Shown here: piece after piece, positions 1 to 9,717 of the stretch
Layout: each line of letters starts with the position of its first letter
How positions within the stretch are numbered: the stretch's first letter is position 1
Assembly: GCA_045810085.1 (NCBI GenBank)
Contig: JBJMWN010000346.1
Location: forward strand, 1 to 57,812
Direction: 5' to 3'
Source of the DNA: Povalibacter sp.
GTDB taxonomy: Bacteria > Pseudomonadota > Gammaproteobacteria > Steroidobacterales > Steroidobacteraceae
DNA: 57,812 bases
Made by a program: the position numbers and the translations under genes
Notes under the pieces: generated by a model
What the model saw: only the letters and a program-made list of their open reading frames with translations
Told to the model about the DNA's origin: nothing
Databases searched by the model: none

Positions 1-1480
1 TGAATTGCTGATGTGTCGGTAACTGACTCGCCTGCGCATTCAGGGTCGTGCGCATTATCTCCAGCCATTGCACGCAATCCGTTGCGTAAGCGTGCGGAGG
101 CTGGTCGCAGGTTTCAGGCAGATTCAGCTGGCCGGTATGCACTGCAAGCCACGAGGCCCTGACGAACAATTCGTGTTCGCGCTGCACCAGGCGACCCTTG
201 CGACGGAAGTGCTCGATGTTTTCGCTCAATGTGTCTGGTATGGCCATATTCGCGCAGTAACGCCACAGCTCACCCTCGCGCCGATTCAAGTGATAGTGAA
301 GGATCAGAAAGTCGCGAACGCGTTCGAGCTCGCTATTCGCAATGCGATTGAATTCGTCGCGTACGGCTGGGTCGAAATTCCGGTCGGGCAACATTGCGAG
401 TAGTCGCACAATGTTGGCCTGGATGAGATGCAGGCTGGTCGATTCCAGCGGCTCGAGAAATCCGCTCGACAAGCCGATGGCGATCACGTTGCGATTCCAG
501 CCTAGCCGGCGGCGACCCGTCACAAAGCGCAGTGTGCGTGGTTCGGCCAGTGGCTCACCGTCAAGATTTGCGAGCAGCGTTGCCACTGCGTCCGCCTCAT
601 CGAGATACTTCGATGAGTAGACGTATCCATTGCCGATGCGATGTTGCAAGGGAATGCGCCACTGCCATCCTGCCGCACGCGCTGTGGAACGCGTATAGGG
701 CAGAAAATCGCCATTGCTCGCACACGGAACTGCGATGGCGCGATCGCACGGCAGCCAGTGCGTCCAGTCTTCATAGCCGGTATGGAGTGCTTCTTCGATC
801 AGCACCCCGCGAAAGCCAGAGCAATCGATGAAGAGCTCGCCCGTCACTTCGCGCCCGTCCTGCAACTGCAGCGTCTCGACGTGGCCGCTCTCGCTGTTCA
901 GACGAGTCGCAACGATTCGGCCTTCGACGCGCACCACTCCACGTTGCTCCGAGTACTCGCGCAGCAGTGCTGCGTAGAGCGACGCATCGAAGTGATAGGC
1001 ATAGTCGTAAGTCGAGAGAACACTTCGAGGATCAGTTAGGGGCGGCGTGAACCGTGACTGCGCGGCCATTGCCCAAGCCATGCAGTAGTCATCCAGGCTG
1101 GATGCAGCCTTGTTCTGTTGCTGCGCCTGATGCCAGAAGTAAAGAAGGTGGTCGAAGTCGAAGGACCGGCCGTAGGTACCGAACGGGTGGAAGTAGCGCC
1201 GGCCGGGCTCTGCCCAATCGACGAACTGAATACCGAGCTTGTACGAGCCCTTTGTTCGACGAACGAATTCGAATTCATCCAGGCCCAACATTCGATTGAA
1301 TTGTTTGATCGGCGGAATCGTCGCTTCGCCCACGCCGACAATGCCGATCTCTTCGGACTCGATCAGTGTGATGCGGCACTCCGACTTCAAGGCATTCGAC
1401 AATGCTGCGGCTGTCATCCAACCGGCCGAGCCGCCACCGACAATGACGATGCTGGTTAACTTGCGATCATCGGCTGGCAT
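1..1480 (-). CDS. Flavin-dependent (tryptophan halogenase family) halogenase; 3' end runs off the window
   Basis: Not in the ORF track; translated by hand from ATG at 1480: MPADDRKLTSIVIVGGGSAGW...VGVGEATIP...KGSYKLGI...GWQWRIP...FLEPLESTS...LPTHQQF. The frame stays open to position 1. Confidence 0.93.
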   Translation of the reverse strand, partial: MPADDRKLTSIVIVGGGSAGWMTAAALSNALKSECRITLIESEEIGIVGVGEATIPPIKQFNRMLGLDEFEFVRRTKGSYKLGIQFVDWAEPGRRYFHPFGTYGRSFDFDHLLYFWHQAQQQNKAASSLDDYCMAWAMAAQSRFTPPLTDPRSVLSTYDYAYHFDASLYAALLREYSEQRGVVRVEGRIVATRLNSESGHVETLQLQDGREVTGELFIDCSGFRGVLIEEALHTGYEDWTHWLPCDRAIAVPCASNGDFLPYTRSTARAAGWQWRIPLQHRIGNGYVYSSKYLDEADAVATLLANLDGEPLAEPRTLRFVTGRRRLGWNRNVIAIGLSSGFLEPLESTSLHLIQANIVRLLAMLPDRNFDPAVRDEFNRIANSELERVRDFLILHYHLNRREGELWRYCANMAIPDTLSENIEHFRRKGRLVQREHELFVRASWLAVHTGQLNLPETCDQPPHAYATDCVQWLEIMRTTLNAQASQLPTHQQF

Positions 1481-1550
1481 AGTCAGCAGAGCGCAGCTAC
1501 TTTCTGTTGCCAATGATGACGAGGAACATGTCGTGCCCGCGCCTCAATGA

Positions 1551-3080
1551 TCATCGCGATGTTCCCGGCGCGGCTGCTGTCATCGCCGGCGCCGAGCGAG
1601 CAATCGGACAGTAACGGTCGATGAACGCCTGGTGATCGGGCATCTGCGCGAGATTGTTGGCAACGTTCGTACGAATCTGATTCAGCGTCTCCTGAAGACT
1701 TGCAGCGCCTGGAATTCGAGTCGCTGCATGATGGCTCTCGGGAAACACGCCCTGCCCCATCATCACCTGCAACCACGAGTCGACGCGGAACAGATTGACC
1801 TTGTCGGGCCACACGTAACCGTTGTTCCTGAAGAGTTCGATCCGGTGGGTGACGTTGCGGGGCACTTCCATGTTGCGGTAGTAGTTCCAGAAAGCACTAT
1901 CGTCTCTGCGAGTCTGCTTGTAGTGCAGGATGATGAAGTCACGCACTTCTTCCCACTCGAACCGACTCTCGGTGTTGAAGCGCTCGGCTTGTTGCTCGAA
2001 CTCGCGACTGAATGGAAAGAGTCGCATCAAGCGAATCAGTGCGGTGGTGATCAGGTGAATACTGGTCGACTCGAGCGGTTCGAGAAAGCCGGCCGCGAGA
2101 CCCAGCGCGACACAGTTGCGATGCCAGGGTTGCATTCGTCGCCCCGTGCGGAATTTGAGCTGCCGCGGTTCAGTGATGGCAGGACCCGTCAGGTTCTTCA
2201 GCAGGAGCGCACGCGCTTCGTCGTCTGAACAGAAGCGACTGCTGTAGACAATGCCGTTGCCGGTGCGGTGTTGCAGGGGAATACGCCACTGCCAGCCGAT
2301 CGGATGCGCTATCGCTCGCGTATAGGGAGGCGGCGCCTGAGTGCTCTCGGACTGCACTGCCCACGCGCTATCGGCGGCCAGCCAGTGGCTCCAATCTTCG
2401 AAGCCGACACCAAGCACCTCGCCGATCAACAGTCCTCTGAATCCCGTGCAGTCGATGAAGAAATCGCCAGACACGGACGCGCCGTTCTCCAGATCCAGCG
2501 ACTCTATGTTGCCTGTGTGCGCAGATGTATTGACCTTGGAGATCTTGCCCTCCACGCGTCGCACGCCGAGCGCTTCGCTCTTGAGGCGCAAGAACTGCGC
2601 GTAGGCCGTCGCGTTGAGATGGTAGGCATAGTTCAGCGTGGTCTTGCCGACCTGACTCGCGAACTTTCCTTGTTTCGCCGCTTTCCATTCCAGGCAGTAA
2701 TCCTCGAGATTGCCACCGAGTCCCTGGGCGTGAAGCTCGAGCCAGTACTCGTGGAACTCGGCCATCCACGATCCCTGGCCGATGACACCGAACGAGTGAA
2801 TGTAGCTGTCGCCTGGATTGGCCCAGTTGTCGAACCAGATACCGAGTTTGAAAGTGGCCTGCGTCGCCGTCATGAACTCGCGCTCGTCGATTTCCATGAG
2901 ACTGTGGAAGCTCTTCATGGTCGGGATCGTGGCTTCACCCACACCGACGGTGCCGATCAAGTCGGATTCGACCAGTGTGATCTCGAGCTGAGTGCCCAAT
3001 CGCTTGGCGAGACTGTACGCAGCCAGCCAACCCGCGGTGCCGCCACCAGCGATGACGACGCGTGTTTTGCCGGCGTTCAA
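1551..3080 (-). CDS. Flavin-dependent (tryptophan halogenase family) halogenase
   Basis: GGGTAG FAD motif, VGVGEAT, catalytic-Lys motif ATFKLGI, WQWRIP, FLEPLESTS; TTG start. Confidence 0.95.
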   Translation of the reverse strand: MNAGKTRVVIAGGGTAGWLAAYSLAKRLGTQLEITLVESDLIGTVGVGEATIPTMKSFHSLMEIDEREFMTATQATFKLGIWFDNWANPGDSYIHSFGVIGQGSWMAEFHEYWLELHAQGLGGNLEDYCLEWKAAKQGKFASQVGKTTLNYAYHLNATAYAQFLRLKSEALGVRRVEGKISKVNTSAHTGNIESLDLENGASVSGDFFIDCTGFRGLLIGEVLGVGFEDWSHWLAADSAWAVQSESTQAPPPYTRAIAHPIGWQWRIPLQHRTGNGIVYSSRFCSDDEARALLLKNLTGPAITEPRQLKFRTGRRMQPWHRNCVALGLAAGFLEPLESTSIHLITTALIRLMRLFPFSREFEQQAERFNTESRFEWEEVRDFIILHYKQTRRDDSAFWNYYRNMEVPRNVTHRIELFRNNGYVWPDKVNLFRVDSWLQVMMGQGVFPESHHAATRIPGAASLQETLNQIRTNVANNLAQMPDHQAFIDRYCPIARSAPAMTAAAPGTSR

Positions 3081-3093
3081 GAGTCAGGCCTTC

Positions 3094-4116
3094 CTAGCGA
3101 TTCAGGCTGTGATGGACGGCGGCGCGAATACGACGCGCGTTCTCTTCATTCATGTCGGCGAGTGCACCCTGAGCGTGCTCCGGCAGATGCGCGCGTGGCA
3201 CTGAGGTGTCACCGAAGATGTAGTAGTCGAACAGCGCGCGCCATCCTTGCCGATCCGCCAGCGGGCGGTCGCGCAAGCCGAGCATCGCGTGCATCAGCAC
3301 ATCCATCGGATCGCCCATGTAAGCAGGTGAGTCAACCCACCAGTAGTTCATCATGACGTTGAAGCGGTCGCGCGCTTCGGCCTCGTGCCACCACAAGCTC
3401 GGGTAGTACAACGCGTCGCCCGGCTGCATATCGGCAATCCACGCTTCATCCAGCGCTTCGCGCAGACGCGGGAAACGGACGAAGTCCGGCTGCTTGAGAT
3501 TCGCCATCGTCACGACCTGACCACCGGGCGTCGGGTGCAATGGACCCGGATACAGATTGCGGATCTGTTCCGGGCGAAACAACGTGAACCGCCTGCGCCC
3601 GAGTACACAGCAGGCGATGTTACGTGGCACGTCGTAGTGGGCCGCGGCGATCGACTCGGTGCCGATCCAGATTTTTCCCACGCGCGGATAGCGATCGAAG
3701 ATCGGATGATCGAAGACCAGTGAGTTCTGCGCTGCCAACGCGGGAAAGCTTTCGCCAGCCACGATGGAATTCATGTAGTAGTAAGCGTGAGCCTCACTTC
3801 CCAGCTCCGCGCGAATGAGGTCCAGCACTTCCACAAAGTCGCGTCGTTCAGCGCGATAGTTAAAACCCGTCACCGACTCGTTGTAACCGAAGCGGCCGCC
3901 GATTTCGCGGTCGCCCACATACACGATCACGGGCTTCTTGTTGTAGCTCGCGGCGAGCAGTTCCATCACTTTGCTCGGCGCTTGCCGAGCCGCCTGCACC
4001 AGCGGCCAATCCGCCGTCAGTCCGCGCATCAGCACGGGCTCGTTGGCGGCGAACAGCTCGTCGAAGGGAATGCGGTCGAATCTCAGCCCATCGATGATGC
4101 GAACCTGATGGCTCAT
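3094..4116 (-). CDS. Cupin-like/JmjC-type (Cupin_8) protein
   Basis: HYD...YYPSLWWH facial-triad-like motif, LYPGP; typical neighbour of SapC and halogenase genes. Confidence 0.88.
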   Translation of the reverse strand: MSHQVRIIDGLRFDRIPFDELFAANEPVLMRGLTADWPLVQAARQAPSKVMELLAASYNKKPVIVYVGDREIGGRFGYNESVTGFNYRAERRDFVEVLDLIRAELGSEAHAYYYMNSIVAGESFPALAAQNSLVFDHPIFDRYPRVGKIWIGTESIAAAHYDVPRNIACCVLGRRRFTLFRPEQIRNLYPGPLHPTPGGQVVTMANLKQPDFVRFPRLREALDEAWIADMQPGDALYYPSLWWHEAEARDRFNVMMNYWWVDSPAYMGDPMDVLMHAMLGLRDRPLADRQGWRALFDYYIFGDTSVPRAHLPEHAQGALADMNEENARRIRAAVHHSLNR

Positions 4117-4134
4117 GCTTTAGGGAACCTGTGA

Positions 4135-4860
4135 CTAACCCGACTGAAGTCTGGCGATCTTGAGGTTGACCAGTTTCTGGAAATTGCCGAGCGAAGAAAT
4201 CAGGAAGTACACCGAAGCCAGCAGGCCCGCCCGGTGCAGTCTGAACAGCTGCTCGGCGTTCAAGGCCGCGAACTTCTCCTGATTGATCGTGTAGTAATTG
4301 TCGAAGTCATAGCGCAGCTCAGCAAAGACCGAGATCTGGATCCTGACTTCTTCCAGCAGTTCCATCGCCACCAGCTCGCGATACAAGAGGCGATCGGTCC
4401 GCAGACCTACATCGACAGTCTGCAACACGCGCTTGATTCCCTCGAGGTATGGCGTCTCGCCACCGAGCGGCAGAAATACCGGCTGCCCATCCGCGCGCAA
4501 TCGCGGATGTTGCTCATCGATCATGACCTTGATGCCGGCAGGCTCGGCATCGCTCTCACTAGCGCGAATGTAGCCGAGAGAGAAAGGGCCGCGGGCCAAA
4601 GTCGCCGGGATGGACGTACTGGTCCAGCGCTCACCTTCGACGAACAGGTTTTCATCTTTCTCGAAGCCAAGGATGGCGTGAGCTACGAACCCCGGTGCCT
4701 CGTCTGTCTTGTGCAGCAGCAGCGGATACTCGCGATGGAGCTCATTGAATTCGGCGCTCAGCGCAACCGCACGATTCACCATGTCGCCGTATTCGGGACG
4801 GGCACGCGTGTCGACAGCGATGGACCGATGCTGATCGCTGGTCAGGATCTTGATGGCCAT
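4135..4860 (-). CDS. SapC family protein
   Basis: EF..L.REYP, ILGFEKDENLF, IPA..RGPF, YTINQEKF..L, C-terminal SLGNF pattern; located between the TBDR and the cupin. Confidence 0.88.
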   Translation of the reverse strand: MAIKILTSDQHRSIAVDTRARPEYGDMVNRAVALSAEFNELHREYPLLLHKTDEAPGFVAHAILGFEKDENLFVEGERWTSTSIPATLARGPFSLGYIRASESDAEPAGIKVMIDEQHPRLRADGQPVFLPLGGETPYLEGIKRVLQTVDVGLRTDRLLYRELVAMELLEEVRIQISVFAELRYDFDNYYTINQEKFAALNAEQLFRLHRAGLLASVYFLISSLGNFQKLVNLKIARLQSG

Positions 4861-4927
4861 GAATACATTTGCCGCAAAAGAAAAGGCTCCCAGCCCGCGC
4901 GCTGCGGAACCTGATTATCCTCGCAGA

Positions 4928-4955
4928 GGATTCCCGCCGCATCTGGCGGGAATCC
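4928..4955. terminator. Intergenic stem-loop after the TBDR (attenuator or mRNA stabiliser)
   Basis: GGATTCCCGCC-gcatct-GGCGGGAATCC, a perfect 11-bp stem. Confidence 0.55.
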
Positions 4956-4986
4956 GTTTCACTGCGTTGGCGTCAACTGCGCCCGC

Positions 4987-7900
4987 TTAATCGAAGTTAT
5001 AGCGCAGGCTCAGCATGTAGCGCGGATCGCCCTCACTATTCCACCACTGCATCTGCTTGGTACGACTGTAGATGAGCTGGCCTTCACCCGTGAGATTGAT
5101 GCCGTCCAGGCCCACAGACAGATTGTCATTGAAGTTGTAGGTCACGTTCATGTCGAGCTGATGGTATTCATCCACGAATCCCGGCAGTCCCTGCTGGCCC
5201 CCCCACACCGTCGTCGCCAGGAAGGCATCGCGCCAGTTGTACGCCAGACGCGCGGACAGACCATATTTTTCGTACATCAGAACAGCGTTCGCGGAGTCCG
5301 AGAGCCCTTCCAGCGCGAACTGCGCGACCGTGGGATCCGCCCTCAGGTTGTAGCCTACGTCTCCATTGACGATCGTGCCGTTGAGCTGGAAGCCAAAGCC
5401 ACTGTCGCCAAAGAAGTGCTGCCAAGCGAGTTCCACACCGTCGATGATCGCAGTCTGGTTGTTGACCGGCTGGGACAGGTTGTACTGGAACAGCGGGTCG
5501 TTGGCGCGCGGAGCGATGTCGTAGGCCGCGATGATGTCCAGCGCCAGCTGCGAACCGCCTGGCTGCGATGGGTCGATGTAGGCACCGGCACCCCCGGGGA
5601 AGGCAGCTGGGTTGGCCAGGATGGCGGCCATGGTGAACATGTTCTGCTCGTTGACTGCCCAACCGCCGGCGGTCAACGCCGCAGACGCATCGCCAGTCAG
5701 CGTGCCGGGCGCACCCGAGGTGGGATCCTGCAGATCGAACAGAGTCGTGGTCGTGACACCGGTGCCGACGAAGTTGTTCACCGCCTTCCTGAAGAAGCCG
5801 ACCGACGCGTAACTGCTTTGAGCGTAGTACCACTCGAACGACACATCGAGATTGGTCGATTCGAGCGGCTCGAGAGAAGCGTTGCCGCGAGAGGCCCTCG
5901 GAACACCGCCGAGCATTGTGAGTGTCGACGGGCCATTCACCGCCGTCGTCATGAACATGTTGTTGTAGACGGGACGCGCGATCGTCTCACTCACCGATGC
6001 ACGGATCTTCATCGTGTCGTTCAGGTCGACCGAGAAGTCGATATTCGGTAACCAGTTTTTATAGTCCGCATTGTCGCCGAGCGATGTGAGTGAGTCGCCG
6101 AAGATTGCGTTGAAGTCGTTGTCGGACGTCCACACGAAGTGATTCACAACGTTCTGCAACGCGCTCGCCTTGACCTTGGTCTGTTCGTAGCGCAGGCCAA
6201 CCACGGTCTGCGTTCGCAACCCGCCGATTTCACCTTGGAAGTTCGCCTGGAAATAAGCCGAGTAGACGTCTTCCTTGATGGTGTTGTTGTCGTAAGAAGC
6301 CGGGGTGAGGTTGTCGGCATCCCAGTTCGGGTACAGCGGATTGCCTTCCATCGCATGCGCAAACGACCACGGGTCGACACGGAATGATTCCTGGCCAAGC
6401 GTCGTCATGTAGTAGCCGGAGGTCGGATACTGCGCTGAATCGGGATATCCGACGAAGTTCAGGTCATTGAAGCTGTTCAGCACGTTGACCTGCCTCAACA
6501 GGCTCGGGTCGTTGATGTCGGACTGCCCGGCGGGGTTGAAGCCAACGCCCCACCCGCCGAGGAAATCCTGCGTCTCTGAATGCTGGGCGTGCATCTTGGT
6601 CGACAACATGCCAACGCCGAATTTCAAGCTGATCTCATCGTTCGGTTCAAAGGCGGCCGACAGGTTGAGCTGATCGGTGTCGGTCTCCTGCGAAGACTTG
6701 ATCGTGCGGAATGTCTGGGTCGAGATATCCGGGACGTCCAGCACGTTGTTGCCATTGCCATGGGCGTTCGCAACGTTGTCGAGCACACCGATCGTTGCCG
6801 TCGGTACGCCATTACCCCAGTAGGCCGCTTGCCAACCGGATCCGGCAGCCGCCACGTTCATGCGAATGCTGTTGTTGCCATCGGGACCATCACCGCCCGA
6901 CTCGGAGTTGGAAGTTGCTCCGTCGAGGGACAGCGTCCATGCATCGTTGAGTTTGTGGGTCACGTTCAGGCCGACGGTGAGGCTGTCGTCCTTGGTGTTG
7001 TCGTCGTAGTTGGCATAGAACAAGTCCTTGCCACGGCCGCCCTGAAGTGCAATCGGTTCGATCAGCTGCCGCGGAGTGGCGACGATGTCGTTGCCATCGA
7101 ACTGAATGTAGCTGTACTGCCGAGAGAACCACATGCCCGGCACCACGCTGTCCTGGGCCAGCTTGTTCGAGGTGTACATCGCATCCGCGGTGAGGGTGGT
7201 GTTCTCGCTCGGAGCCCACTGCATGGTCACCATGCCGTTGATGCGCTTGCGCTCGATCTGGGCCTCGCTGATGCCGATGTTAGACGGCAGCGCGATGAGC
7301 GCACCTTCGGCGGGAGCATCGACGATCTGCGCGCCTGGCAGGAAGTTGGGCAGGCTCGGGTCGAAGTCGAGGAACTGGTACTGCTCCACGCTGATTCCAC
7401 GGGTGCCAGCCTTGCGTTCCTGGTAGGAAGCGAAAGCGGACACGCCGAAGGTCTGGCCGCTGTTCGCCCAGCTCAACAGGCCGCTCAATTCGGGCGTTAT
7501 CTCGTCGTCGCTGCCCTTGTCGTAGACGGCCTTGGCGCCGAGCGATGCTTTGTTGCCGCTATCAAGCGGCTTGATGGTCTTGATGTTGATCGTCGCGCCG
7601 ATGCCGCCCGACGGCACGGCCGCATTGCCGGTCTTGTACACCTCGAGACCACTCACGCCTTCGGAGGCGAGCGTGGAAAAGTCGAAGGAGCGCGAGGTGC
7701 CTTGCGCGCCGACATTAGTCGGGTTGCCGGTAATGGAGCCCACGTGCGCCGCCGGAAGCTGCCGGCCATTCAGTGTCACCAGATTGAAGTTGGGACCGAA
7801 GCCGCGCACGGTGACGGCGTTGCCTTCGCCATTGACGCGGTCGATGGAGACACCGGTGATGCGCTGCAGTGACTCAGCAAGGTTCGTGTCCGGGAACTTG

Positions 7901-8115
7901 CCGATGTCCTCGGCAGAAATCGCATCGACGACGCCTACTGCCTCGCGTTTGGTCTCCATCGATTGCTGGAGGCTTCCACGCAGACCCGTGACTATCACTT
8001 CTTCCACGTTCTCGCCCGCTTGAGATTGGGCGAACGCGGGCACGACTACCCCCGTGCAAAGTGCGGCGGAAACGGCCGCAGATATCGCATTCCTCTGCCA
8101 CTTGCCAGATTTCAT
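4987..8115 (-). CDS. TonB-dependent receptor (Xanthomonas/Caulobacter carbohydrate-uptake type)
   Basis: Signal peptide from ATG 8115 (GGGGAG RBS), TonB box EEVIVTG, plug motif DAISAEDIGKFPDTNLAESLQRITGVSI, C-terminal LRYNF. Confidence 0.96.
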   Translation of the reverse strand: MKSGKWQRNAISAAVSAALCTGVVVPAFAQSQAGENVEEVIVTGLRGSLQQSMETKREAVGVVDAISAEDIGKFPDTNLAESLQRITGVSIDRVNGEGNAVTVRGFGPNFNLVTLNGRQLPAAHVGSITGNPTNVGAQGTSRSFDFSTLASEGVSGLEVYKTGNAAVPSGGIGATINIKTIKPLDSGNKASLGAKAVYDKGSDDEITPELSGLLSWANSGQTFGVSAFASYQERKAGTRGISVEQYQFLDFDPSLPNFLPGAQIVDAPAEGALIALPSNIGISEAQIERKRINGMVTMQWAPSENTTLTADAMYTSNKLAQDSVVPGMWFSRQYSYIQFDGNDIVATPRQLIEPIALQGGRGKDLFYANYDDNTKDDSLTVGLNVTHKLNDAWTLSLDGATSNSESGGDGPDGNNSIRMNVAAAGSGWQAAYWGNGVPTATIGVLDNVANAHGNGNNVLDVPDISTQTFRTIKSSQETDTDQLNLSAAFEPNDEISLKFGVGMLSTKMHAQHSETQDFLGGWGVGFNPAGQSDINDPSLLRQVNVLNSFNDLNFVGYPDSAQYPTSGYYMTTLGQESFRVDPWSFAHAMEGNPLYPNWDADNLTPASYDNNTIKEDVYSAYFQANFQGEIGGLRTQTVVGLRYEQTKVKASALQNVVNHFVWTSDNDFNAIFGDSLTSLGDNADYKNWLPNIDFSVDLNDTMKIRASVSETIARPVYNNMFMTTAVNGPSTLTMLGGVPRASRGNASLEPLESTNLDVSFEWYYAQSSYASVGFFRKAVNNFVGTGVTTTTLFDLQDPTSGAPGTLTGDASAALTAGGWAVNEQNMFTMAAILANPAAFPGGAGAYIDPSQPGGSQLALDIIAAYDIAPRANDPLFQYNLSQPVNNQTAIIDGVELAWQHFFGDSGFGFQLNGTIVNGDVGYNLRADPTVAQFALEGLSDSANAVLMYEKYGLSARLAYNWRDAFLATTVWGGQQGLPGFVDEYHQLDMNVTYNFNDNLSVGLDGINLTGEGQLIYSRTKQMQWWNSEGDPRYMLSLRYNFD

Positions 8116-8277
8116 TGTTTGCTCCCCAAAACAGTTTTGGTCTTTGACGCCAGGATCCGCACGAACGGCTGCTCGGGCTGCGTTGACAAGTCTCCGGTGC
8201 AACGCTTCCGAGCTCTGCGAGTGAGCGAGCGGACCATGTCACACAAATAGTACAGAGAGCGTTAAGTAATTTCCGTA

Positions 8278-8291
8278 TGTGATCGCTACCA
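8278..8291. promoter_or_regulatory. LacI-family operator-like site upstream of the TBDR
   Basis: TGTGATCGCTACCA, a CG-centred imperfect palindrome; a second similar site TGAGAGCGTTATCA lies at 8383-8396. Confidence 0.5.
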
Positions 8292-8595
8292 AACGCTCGT
8301 AATCAACGCAAGGTAGTTGACACCGTTGGACCAAGTGAGCTCGGACAAAGGTTTGTTGCTTTGTCAATGACTACGGCCGTGATGAGAGCGTTATCACGCT
8401 ATCGATGCGATCGAATTCGCGTACCGCGGATTGCTTTCTGCAACGAAGTTTTGGCGCCTCGCGCAACGCACGGAACGCTTGAGGCTCGAGCACTCGTTCA
8501 ATGGATAAGAAGTGCGAATCCGTGCGAGCGGAACGAGTTATCTGTGTTCGATCGCTGTACTCGCGAAGCTCGAACTCCCCGAGTGTCGCGCCAAC

Positions 8596-8808
8596 TCAGC
8601 GCAGAAGCTGTGTGCCCCAGAGCGCAAGTGATAACAGCGTGAATGCACCCACAAGTCTGCCAAGGACCCTGCGCCAGGACAGCGCCCAAGGCGGCAACTC
8701 CTCGTCTTCAACGTCGCGAATGAACTCCTGCGACTCGAGCCGCAGCTTGTGCACATAGCCCAGGGATCGAACCGCATCGATACGTGCTGGCAGGTCACTT
8801 GCTTGCAT
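8596..8808 (-). CDS. Small hypothetical protein with a C-terminal membrane helix (70 aa)
   Basis: GGGAG RBS before ATG 8808; hydrophobic C-terminus LVGAFTLLSLALWG; preceded by the shared hexamer array. Confidence 0.55.
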   Translation of the reverse strand: MQASDLPARIDAVRSLGYVHKLRLESQEFIRDVEDEELPPWALSWRRVLGRLVGAFTLLSLALWGTQLLR

Positions 8809-8847
8809 GATGACTCCCGCTGGGATGAGGCAGTCTAGATCCGCATC

Positions 8848-8887
8848 GGTCACGTACTCAGTCGCAATCTGGTATCTGTGCGGTCAC
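8848..8887 (-). promoter_or_regulatory. Phased hexamer array (putative OmpR-family binding site)
   Basis: + strand GGTCAC/AGTCGC/GGTATC/GGTCAC at 8848, 8860, 8871, 8882 (spacing 12-11-11). Confidence 0.5.
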
Positions 8888-9011
8888 ATCGGAGAAGCTT
8901 GGCTGCAGGATTTGGTAACGAGCCTCGCCCAGAGGCGTGCTGTGCCGGCGCTTCATCTGAAATTCTTTTGTTCGTCTTTTTTGTGGTGTCCGACTCTTCT
9001 CTTCTCTCTCT

Positions 9012-9716
9012 TCACTCCACAACAAGTTTGTAGCCGGCTCCCGGCGTGGTTTGCAGGATCTGCGGCGCGGTTGGGTCGACTTCGAGCTTTTGCCGCAAGC
9101 GATAGACCAGCTGCTTCAACGTGCGACGCTCGCGTGAGGTGGCACGTCCCCACACGTGATTGAGCAATCGTTCTGCAGTCACCGTGCGGCCGGGACTGGT
9201 GATGAGCAGATGCAGCGCTTTGATCTCGAGCGGTGTCAGCTTCACCGCTTCCGCTGTGCCGATGCGCAACGTACGTTGCTCGGGATCCAGATAGACGGCT
9301 CCGGCGCTGATCGAACCCGCATTGACCGGTTCCGCTCGACGCACCAGCGCACGAACTCGTGCGAGCAGCGCTCGCGGACTGAACGGCTTGAGCACATAGT
9401 CATCGGCGCCTGCATCGAGTGCTGCGACCAGGTCATCTTCCTGATCGCGCACGGTCAGCATCATGATCGGTACGGTGGAACGGCTGCGAATTTCCCTGCA
9501 CACATCCAGCCCGTTCAGCATGGGCATGTTCACATCGAGCAACACGAAATCCGGTGCCTCGCTCGAGAACACCCGCAGCGCCGCGGGACCATCCTGCGCA
9601 GTACACACATCGAACCCCGCCTGATGCAGCGTAAATCCGATCAGTGCGAGCAGGTCGGCATCATCATCCGCTGCGAGTACTCGCACGGGTCGCACGCTTT
9701 CGATCTCGACTGACAT
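9012..9716 (-). CDS. OmpR/PhoB-family response regulator (paralog 2)
   Basis: Receiver ADDD..LLDVNMP..MLT..KPFS plus winged helix ending PGAGYKL; ATG at 9716 directly after the upstream stop. Confidence 0.93.
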   Translation of the reverse strand: MSVEIESVRPVRVLAADDDADLLALIGFTLHQAGFDVCTAQDGPAALRVFSSEAPDFVLLDVNMPMLNGLDVCREIRSRSTVPIMMLTVRDQEDDLVAALDAGADDYVLKPFSPRALLARVRALVRRAEPVNAGSISAGAVYLDPEQRTLRIGTAEAVKLTPLEIKALHLLITSPGRTVTAERLLNHVWGRATSRERRTLKQLVYRLRQKLEVDPTAPQILQTTPGAGYKLVVE

Positions 9717-9717
9717 G

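Noticed and set aside
5161-7872. Long + strand ORFs (296 aa and 430 aa) opposite the TBDR
   Set aside because: Antisense shadows of a GC-biased gene; no motifs or RBS.
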